Shown: piece after piece, positions 17,949 through 24,000 of the stretch
Layout of the letters: every line of letters begins with the position of its first letter
Position numbering within the stretch: the first letter of the stretch is position 1
Assembly: GCA_000063505.1 (NCBI GenBank)
Contig: CT971583.1
Location: 689,918 to 713,917, forward strand
Source: Synechococcus sp. WH 7803
Lineage (GTDB): Bacteria; Cyanobacteriota; Cyanobacteriia; PCC-6307; Cyanobiaceae
Length of the DNA: 24,000 nt
Direction: 5' to 3'
Program-made: the position numbers and the translations under genes
The notes under the pieces: generated by a model
Seen by the model: the letters and a program-made list of their open reading frames with translations, nothing else
Told to the model about the DNA's origin: nothing
Database searches by the model: none

Positions 17949-18884
17949 TCAGGCGTCGTGGGGGATCGAAGCGTCACCGGGGTCATTCACCATCGGTGGT
18001 GGTGCCGGAGGGACGGTCGCCCATCCTTTGTTCCCGTTGGCCAGTCGTTTGGCGTAGAGCTCATTGCCAGGGCTAAGACCAGGTTGCAGTGGTTGTTTCG
18101 CTGTTGCCGCCAGCCATTGGTTGTAGGAGTCTTCTGACTCAACGATCACGTCTGTTTGATTCTGAGAGAAGTAAGCGCCACTAAACATGGCGTCCCTGAG
18201 TCGGAATCGTCCCTGTTTTGTGGGTGTGAGGCTGTAGGAAATCACACTGCCTGGAATGATGTCTTGCTTCAGTCGAAATGCTGGAACGTAAAAACTGTGA
18301 TTCACATCTTCGCTGATCAATCGAAAATTAACGCGTTGATCAACGGGCAGGTGAAGTTCGGAACTCCTCGTTCCATCGGGGTAGATGAACTCCCAGCTCC
18401 ATTGCCTTGAAATCACATCGATTGGCCCCACCGTTGCGCGTGGATCCACCTCGGCAACGGCCACAGGGTCAGTGCCGATGGCGTACTTGTGCTTAGGGCC
18501 AAGGGCATCGAGCTTGTCATTCACCTGCATGGAATAGATCGCAATCGCGAATACGATCACGGTTGGAATGATTGTCCAGGTGATCTCGAGTCGGTTATTA
18601 CCTTCAATCGGCTCGCCGTAACTTTCGTCGTACTTGGGCGCCCGATTGAACAGGAGCGTCCAGGCAATCACGGCGGTGAGGCCGAACCAGAGAAAGGAGC
18701 CAATGGCCGTTTCCAAGGCGAACAGATCATCCACATAGGGCGCGGCGCTGGAGGCCTGGGGCGGGAACCAGCTGTAGGACCACTGGGCCATCTGCGCTGC
18801 CAGCGCCGTGTTGAGAGCGACCCCGATGGAAATGATCAGGATGGCCTTGATGTTCGGGCCTTTCCGATCCGTTGATGTGGTCAT
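17949..18884 (-). CDS. ctaC: Haem-copper oxidase subunit II lacking the CuA ligand set (ARTO / quinol-oxidase-like CtaCII type)
   Basis: 311 aa with two N-terminal TM helices and a cupredoxin-like domain with VNHSFYVPAFRLKQDIIPG. The expected C-x-E-x-C-x3-H-x2-M segment, 34 residues after that His, reads DAMFSGAYFSQN, so Cys/Cys/His/Met are all replaced. Confidence 0.85.
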   Translation of the reverse strand: MTTSTDRKGPNIKAILIISIGVALNTALAAQMAQWSYSWFPPQASSAAPYVDDLFALETAIGSFLWFGLTAVIAWTLLFNRAPKYDESYGEPIEGNNRLEITWTIIPTVIVFAIAIYSMQVNDKLDALGPKHKYAIGTDPVAVAEVDPRATVGPIDVISRQWSWEFIYPDGTRSSELHLPVDQRVNFRLISEDVNHSFYVPAFRLKQDIIPGSVISYSLTPTKQGRFRLRDAMFSGAYFSQNQTDVIVESEDSYNQWLAATAKQPLQPGLSPGNELYAKRLANGNKGWATVPPAPPPMVNDPGDASIPHDA

Positions 18885-19516
18885 GGGAGCACCTCCTTGA
18901 GATCAGCGCCTGCGGCGATCAGTTGGTCGGCTGTGATGTGCACACCAAATTCGCTGGCAAGCCAGGCCCCGAGACTTCCGTGCACGCCCATCACAACCAG
19001 AATGAAAGCTCCGCTCGCGAGGTAGAGCCAGGTCACCTGGCGGCCGAGATCTTTTCTCCATACAAAACGCTGGTACCCACGCCAGATCGTCATGGCCACG
19101 ATGATCAGCAGCAAGGCGACGCCGCCAATCGCATGCCAGAGCATGGTGTCGATGGCGTTCTGACCGATCACACTGCGAATTCCTGGAAGAGGAACCGCCA
19201 GGAGCATCTCGTAGAAGCCTGCAGCCACCGTGAAAAAGGTGATCACACTGCAGGCCAAAACGTTGTACCAGCCCACATCGTGAAAGCCTGTGCGGGTAAC
19301 AGGAAGGGCGAGAAAACGGAAAATCCTTTTCTCTAGTGGATAGAAGGCCCCTGCAAAATCAAAGGCGATGCCAATGGCAAACAGCCCAATCGTGAAGTGC
19401 ACAAGATTGGGGTGAATCGGAATGGCGTAGGGAAGATCGTTGGCGCCGAGTTGCTCAACGATGTCGTTGATCGGTGAGGGGATGGCGATCAACGTCTGCA
19501 TGGTGGGGAGGCTCAT
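18881..19516 (-). CDS. DUF2231-like polytopic membrane protein B (His-rich)
   Basis: About 211 aa with IHPNLVHF in TM1, then LWHAIGG and GVHGSLG in later helices. ATG 19516 overlaps the upstream gene stop as ATGA, and its own stop overlaps the ctaC ATG as ATGA. The longer ORF-track start (19576) lies inside the upstream gene. Confidence 0.7.
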   Translation of the reverse strand: MSLPTMQTLIAIPSPINDIVEQLGANDLPYAIPIHPNLVHFTIGLFAIGIAFDFAGAFYPLEKRIFRFLALPVTRTGFHDVGWYNVLACSVITFFTVAAGFYEMLLAVPLPGIRSVIGQNAIDTMLWHAIGGVALLLIIVAMTIWRGYQRFVWRKDLGRQVTWLYLASGAFILVVMGVHGSLGAWLASEFGVHITADQLIAAGADLKEVLP

Positions 19517-20019
19517 GAGACGGCTCCACTGCGAATTGCTTCGACAACAGGCACGGTGTGAAGCCCGTAAACCCAAACGAGCTTGTCGCCGAGATACACC
19601 TGGCAGAACACCAGGGTGGCCAGCACTCCATCAATCACGAGGAATCCCGAGGGCAGTGCTGTGGGATCCTTCTGCCGCACCACATAGCGCCAACCCGTGA
19701 GCAGGCCGAGCACACCAGCCAGCGACCAGCCGATTGTGCTGTGGTAGTTGAGAATGTCTCTGGAAGCCCCGTAGGGCATCGCCAGGCCTGCTTCAATTTG
19801 GCCGAAGATGATGGCGACAAAAATGGCCACGGTGGCCACAACAAGATTCCAGAAACTCACCTCGAAGAGGTTGCGGCGACGTGTCACGACACCCAAAACG
19901 TCGAACACAACAGTGATCAACGCCATGGCGATCACGAAGTGAACAACAATTGGATGAATGACATCCAACCAGGGCAGGTTCTTATCGTTGAGTGGTGGAA
20001 GCAATTCGAGCATCGGCAA
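19513..20019 (-). CDS. DUF2231-like polytopic membrane protein A (His-rich)
   Basis: About 166-168 aa with exactly four His: IHPIVVHF (two), NYHSTIGW and GLHTV, at positions matching paralog B. The start is TTG 20019 or ATG 20013. Confidence 0.7.
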   Translation of the reverse strand: MPMLELLPPLNDKNLPWLDVIHPIVVHFVIAMALITVVFDVLGVVTRRRNLFEVSFWNLVVATVAIFVAIIFGQIEAGLAMPYGASRDILNYHSTIGWSLAGVLGLLTGWRYVVRQKDPTALPSGFLVIDGVLATLVFCQVYLGDKLVWVYGLHTVPVVEAIRSGAVS

Positions 20020-20127
20020 GCGGAGCGACGCTCTTTAAGGATGAACAGCTTTCCCACAGCGGTCACCCTTTCGTGAACGAATGCACCATTCCGTGTGGGG
20101 ATGCCGACTTGGGCGAGGTGTTGCCGA

Positions 20128-21246
20128 TCACCTCACGGGCAAGTTGTTTTGTTTTTGTTTGCGTTTGAGTTGTCGCCAGTACACCCCTGCCTGAACGCTG
20201 ATCATGACAATCACTGCAGGCAGAACCAGGCAGAGCATCACGATCCTGAACTCGTCCTGCCATGTGGGCAAGGTGCGTGGCAGCACCTGGTCGACCACAT
20301 AGAAGACGTACAGCGTCACCAGGATCCCGCCTTCGAGGCGGGTGATCTGGCCGCGGGTCCAGAAAATCGGCAGGCAGGCCAGGGCGGCTAACACCATCAC
20401 CGGCAGATCCCGCGCAATCAGCATTGGGCTCACCTGCAGACCGGCCCCACCAGCGGCTGCCACGGCGCTGGCCCCCAGCACCAGCAGCTGATTGAGCAGA
20501 TTGCTTCCCACCACATTGCCGATCGCCAGATCCGTTCTGCCCTTCACGGCGGCCACTAAAGAGGTGATCAGTTCCGGCATGGAGGTGCCTGCCGACACGA
20601 TTGTCAGACCGATCACGGCCTGACTCACACCCAAAAACGTGGCGGCTGCGCTGGCTCCATGCACCAGCACGCGCGATCCAACGCCCAGGAGGACGATTCC
20701 GACCACAAGCAGACCGATGGCACGGGCAACGCCACGTTTGCCTTGATCAGGATTCACCTCCGGTTCAGCTTCTTCCACACCTTCGGGTTCTTCCCGAGCC
20801 GTGCGGATTTCCCACACGGAATTGATCGCGAGGGCCAGAAGCAGAGCAATCCCCGCCTGCCAGGTCACCCGACCTGCCGAGGCCATTCCCCAAACCGCAG
20901 CTGAGACTGCGATCAAAAGGGGGACATCCCTGCGCACCAGACGGCTTTCCACCCGTAGAGGCATTACCAGGGCGCTGCTGCCCAGCACCACCATCACGTT
21001 GAAAATGTTGCTTCCCACAACGTTGCTCACCGCGAGCGCATCAAATCCCTGGGTGACGGAGCTCAAGCTCACGAACAATTCCGGAGCACTGGTGCCGAAT
21101 GACACAACCGTGAGGCCAATCACCAGCTGGGGAATGCCGAAGATCAGCGACAGGGTCACCGCGCCCTGAACAAACAATTCTCCGCCACCAAAAAGCAGGG
21201 CGATTCCCACCAGAACTTCCAGACAGGAGAGCAGAAAGGGAGGCAT
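20128..21246 (-). CDS. CaCA-family Na+(K+)/Ca2+ exchanger (YrbG-like)
   Basis: 372 aa with two alpha-repeat signatures GTSAPELFVS and GTSMPELITS, each followed by GNVVGSN-type segments. An acidic central loop separates the two 5-TM halves. Confidence 0.85.
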   Translation of the reverse strand: MPPFLLSCLEVLVGIALLFGGGELFVQGAVTLSLIFGIPQLVIGLTVVSFGTSAPELFVSLSSVTQGFDALAVSNVVGSNIFNVMVVLGSSALVMPLRVESRLVRRDVPLLIAVSAAVWGMASAGRVTWQAGIALLLALAINSVWEIRTAREEPEGVEEAEPEVNPDQGKRGVARAIGLLVVGIVLLGVGSRVLVHGASAAATFLGVSQAVIGLTIVSAGTSMPELITSLVAAVKGRTDLAIGNVVGSNLLNQLLVLGASAVAAAGGAGLQVSPMLIARDLPVMVLAALACLPIFWTRGQITRLEGGILVTLYVFYVVDQVLPRTLPTWQDEFRIVMLCLVLPAVIVMISVQAGVYWRQLKRKQKQNNLPVR

Positions 21247-21348
21247 CGCTACCAGAAGCCAGACCTCATTGTGCGCTTTCGACCGTCACGTGCTCCTCCT
21301 TCAACCCAGGGTCCGATTCCCGTGGCGGGACTTAGCATCGCCCCATTA

Positions 21349-23025
21349 ATGGCCTTCTACGACGTGTTTCTGAATCACATCAGCACCCGCAACATCCGGG
21401 GGGACGTCTTTGGGGGGGTGACGGCTGCTGTGGTGGCTCTCCCGATGGCACTGGCTTTCGGAGTGGCCTCCGGTGCAGGCGCCGCCGCTGGTTTGTGGGG
21501 TGCCGTGATCATCGGCCTGATGGCCTCGCTGTTCGGAGGAACGCCCACACTGATCTCTGAGCCCACAGGCCCGATGACGGTGGTGTTCACCGCTGTGATC
21601 CTGAGCTTCACAAGCCAGATTCCAGATCGCGGCACCGCTCTGGCGATGGCCTTCACCGTGGTGGTGCTGGCTGGTGTGTTCCAGATCCTGTTCGGATTTT
21701 TCCGTCTGGGGCGCTACATCACGATGATGCCTTACACCGTGATTTCCGGGTTCATGTCCGGAATCGGGGTGATCCTGGTGATTCTTCAGCTTGCCCCTTT
21801 TCTTGGACAGGACAGTCCAAGCGGGGGCGTGATTGGAACCCTGAGCAATCTTCCTGAGCTTGCTAAAGGAATTCAGCTGCATGAGCTCGGCCTGGCCGTG
21901 ATCACACTGCTGATCCTCTGGTTCACGCCTGAACAGCTGAAGCGGTTTTGCCCTCCCCAGTTGCTGGCGTTGGTGATCGGAACGGTGCTGTCCCTAACGG
22001 TGTTCGGCGATGTGGGGCTCCGCCCAATCGGTCCGTTCACCGCTGAATTCCCCACCTTTCAAGCCCCCACGTTTTCTCTCGATCAGATCCGCTTGATGGT
22101 GGTGAATGGTGCGGTTCTGGGGATGCTCGGCTGTATTGATGCGCTGCTTACATCTGTTGTGGCTGACAGCCTTACCCGCACAGAGCACGACTCCAACAAA
22201 GAATTGATTGGTCAGGGTCTCGGCAATGTGATGTCGGGACTGTTTGGTGGTCTCCCCGGTGCTGGGGCAACGATGGGAACCGTGGTGAACATTCAGGCGG
22301 GCGGGCGATCGGCCCTTTCCGGCATCGTGCGCGCGCTGATCCTGATGCTGGTGATTCTGTTGGCGGCTCCGTTGGCGTCCCGCATCCCCCTGGCCGTTCT
22401 TGCCGGCATCGCCCTCAAGGTTGGTTTCGACATCATCGATTGGAGTTTTCTCAAGCGCGCCCATCACCTGTCGATCAAGGCGGCATGCATCACCTATGGC
22501 GTGATTGCGCTCACCGTTCTGGTGGATTTGATCTGGGCCGTGTTCATCGGGGTTTTCGTGGCGAATGTGCTCACGATTGAGCGCATGACGGCGCTCCAGT
22601 CCAAAGGGGTCAAAACCATCAGCACGACCGATGATGACGTTGAACTTCCTGAGCAGGAGCAGGTCTTGCTCGACCAGGCCTCCGGGCGCCTGCTGCTCTT
22701 TCAGCTCACCGGTCCGATGATCTTCGGTGTGGCCAAAACGATCAGCCGCGAACACAACGCCATCGACGACTGTGAGGCTGTTTTGTTCGATCTGAGCGAA
22801 GTGTCCCACCTGGGCGTGACCGCTTCGTTGGCGCTCGAGAATGCCATCAAGGAAGCCATTGAAGTGGGCCGTGCTGTTTACCTTGTTGTGCTCTCCGGAT
22901 CCACGCGGAACCGTCTGGAGAAGTTGAAGCTTCTCGATCTTCTCCCCGATCACCATGTGAGCGAGGATCGCGAAGAGATTCTCCGGCGTGCCGTCGGAGA
23001 GCTTCCCGTGCTTCAGGAGGTTTGA
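21349..23025 (+). CDS. SulP-family anion permease with C-terminal STAS domain (BicA-like bicarbonate transporter candidate)
   Basis: N-terminus NIRGDVFGGVTAAVVALPMALAFGVASGAGAAAGLWGAVI...GGTPTLISEPTGPMTVV is the SulP signature and closely resembles my recollection of cyanobacterial BicA. The C-terminal region of roughly 120 aa is STAS-like. I prefer ATG 21349 over GTG 21271 (Pro/Arg-rich, non-hydrophobic extension). Confidence 0.85.
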   Translation: MAFYDVFLNHISTRNIRGDVFGGVTAAVVALPMALAFGVASGAGAAAGLWGAVIIGLMASLFGGTPTLISEPTGPMTVVFTAVILSFTSQIPDRGTALAMAFTVVVLAGVFQILFGFFRLGRYITMMPYTVISGFMSGIGVILVILQLAPFLGQDSPSGGVIGTLSNLPELAKGIQLHELGLAVITLLILWFTPEQLKRFCPPQLLALVIGTVLSLTVFGDVGLRPIGPFTAEFPTFQAPTFSLDQIRLMVVNGAVLGMLGCIDALLTSVVADSLTRTEHDSNKELIGQGLGNVMSGLFGGLPGAGATMGTVVNIQAGGRSALSGIVRALILMLVILLAAPLASRIPLAVLAGIALKVGFDIIDWSFLKRAHHLSIKAACITYGVIALTVLVDLIWAVFIGVFVANVLTIERMTALQSKGVKTISTTDDDVELPEQEQVLLDQASGRLLLFQLTGPMIFGVAKTISREHNAIDDCEAVLFDLSEVSHLGVTASLALENAIKEAIEVGRAVYLVVLSGSTRNRLEKLKLLDLLPDHHVSEDREEILRRAVGELPVLQEV

Positions 23026-23028
23026 CCA

Positions 23029-24000
23029 TTGCAGGACAGTTCCAGCCAGCTGGTGATTCGCCGTCCTGACGACTGGCACGTGCACCTGCGGGATGGAGCC
23101 ATGCTCAAGGCCGTCGCCCCGGCAACCGCCAGGGTGTTTGCAAGGGCAGTCGTGATGCCCAACCTGAAACCACCGGTCACCACAGTGGATCAGGCGCGCG
23201 CCTACCGGCAGCGAATCGTGGAGGCCGTGCCGGCGGACGTGAGATTTGAGCCGCTGATGACGGCCTATCTCACCGATCACATTGATCCAGCTGAGCTTGA
23301 GCGAGGTTTCAGTGAGGGCGTGTTCACTGCAGCCAAGCTCTATCCAGCCAATGCCACCACCAATTCAGCCGCTGGTGTGAGCGATCTGTCCAGGATCAGC
23401 AAGGTGCTGGAGCGAATGGAGGCCATCGACATGCCTCTGCTCATCCATGGAGAGGTCACAGATGCTGATGTGGATGTGTTTGATCGGGAAGCTGCATTCA
23501 TCGAATCGCACTTGATTCCCCTGCGCCAGCGTTATCCATCCCTGCGCATCGTGCTTGAACACATCACCACGGAGCAGGCTGTCGATTTCATTCGCACTGA
23601 AAGTCTGGCTGGTGATTCGCGTCTCGCAGCCACGATCACGCCGCATCACCTGCATCTCAATCGCAACGCGATGTTCTTGGGTGGTTTGCGCAGCGACTTC
23701 TATTGCCTGCCGGTTGTGAAGAGGGAATGCCATCGACGCGCCTTGGTGAAGGCGGCCACCAGTGGCCTGTCCTGTTTCTTTCTGGGAACCGATTCAGCAC
23801 CCCATCCGCGATCAGGCAAGGAATCGTCCTGTGGGTGTGCCGGCATCTTCAATGCGGTGCATGCACTTGAAAGCTATGCCGCTGTCTTCGAGCAGGAGGG
23901 GGCTCTTGAGCATCTTCAGGGATTTGCCAGTGAGCATGGGCCCCGTTTCTACGGTCTTCCCCTGAACAACGAATCCCTCACCCTTGTGAAACGCCAACAG
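23029..24000 (+). CDS. pyrC: Dihydroorotase, class II (partial; continues past the window end)
   Basis: Not in the ORF track because it has no stop in the window. The TTG at 23029 gives [23 protein letters not shown] (E. coli-type PyrC N-terminus with the HxH metal site). Later come [13 protein letters not shown] (carboxylated Lys context), LLIHGE, LEHITT and FLGTDSAPH. It is open in frame through 24000. Confidence 0.88.
   Translation, partial: MQDSSSQLVIRRPDDWHVHLRDGAMLKAVAPATARVFARAVVMPNLKPPVTTVDQARAYRQRIVEAVPADVRFEPLMTAYLTDHIDPAELERGFSEGVFTAAKLYPANATTNSAAGVSDLSRISKVLERMEAIDMPLLIHGEVTDADVDVFDREAAFIESHLIPLRQRYPSLRIVLEHITTEQAVDFIRTESLAGDSRLAATITPHHLHLNRNAMFLGGLRSDFYCLPVVKRECHRRALVKAATSGLSCFFLGTDSAPHPRSGKESSCGCAGIFNAVHALESYAAVFEQEGALEHLQGFASEHGPRFYGLPLNNESLTLVKRQQ

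Noticed and set aside
20053-20099. Imperfect inverted repeat CCCACAGCGG ... CCGTGTGGG with an inner TTCG-TGAA-CGAA hairpin between the CaCA gene and the DUF2231-like gene
   Set aside because: The stem is bulged, the loop is about 30 nt, and there is no U-tract on the transcribed (minus) strand. It could be a 3' UTR or leader structure but cannot be supported without folding energies or conservation.
20141-20172. T/G-rich low-complexity run (gttttgtttttgtttgcgtttgagttg)
   Set aside because: It is explained as the reverse complement of codons for the basic C-terminal tail (QLKRKQKQNN) of the CaCA protein, so it is not an independent repeat element.
21994-23280. 428-aa minus-strand ORF spanning the SulP/pyrC junction
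   Set aside because: It is antisense to two genes with unmistakable family signatures (SulP/STAS, PyrC HxH), and its translation is His/Arg/Gly-rich without motifs.

Overview
GC-rich, tightly packed bacterial chromosome. The gene content points to a marine picocyanobacterium (Synechococcus-like): cyanobacterial cta oxidase genes, DUF2808, a BicA-like SulP permease, a short-form HisG, and dnaA lying next to gor rather than dnaN. I support 27 complete or near-complete CDSs plus one weak partial at the left edge: gloB, hisG, an ABC exporter, an alpha/beta hydrolase, a GNAT, an htrA-DUF2064-GT2 operon, dnaA, a small-protein/DUF2808/ParB-like cluster, gor, a four-gene ExbB/ExbD-type cluster, a small HExxH protein, a GMC oxidoreductase, ctaE/ctaD/ctaC preceded by two DUF2231-like membrane proteins, a CaCA antiporter, a SulP/STAS permease and the 5' part of pyrC. 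By eye I saw no tRNA, rRNA, CRISPR array, transposase, integrase, phage gene or recognisable defence-island hallmark, so this reads as core genome rather than an accessory island. Two stretches are the best candidates for under-described biology. (1) A minus-strand cluster (14086-20019) has a haem-copper oxidase whose subunit II has lost all CuA ligands. It is preceded by two translationally coupled His-rich DUF2231-like membrane proteins and followed by a GMC flavoenzyme. (2) A translationally coupled ExbB-ExbD-ExbD-TonB/TolA-like cluster (11695-13553) has unusual or missing transmembrane acidic residues and no transporter partner in the window. Both interpretations are inference from motifs read by eye. 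No database search was possible, and start codons are often ambiguous (GTG/TTG alternatives).
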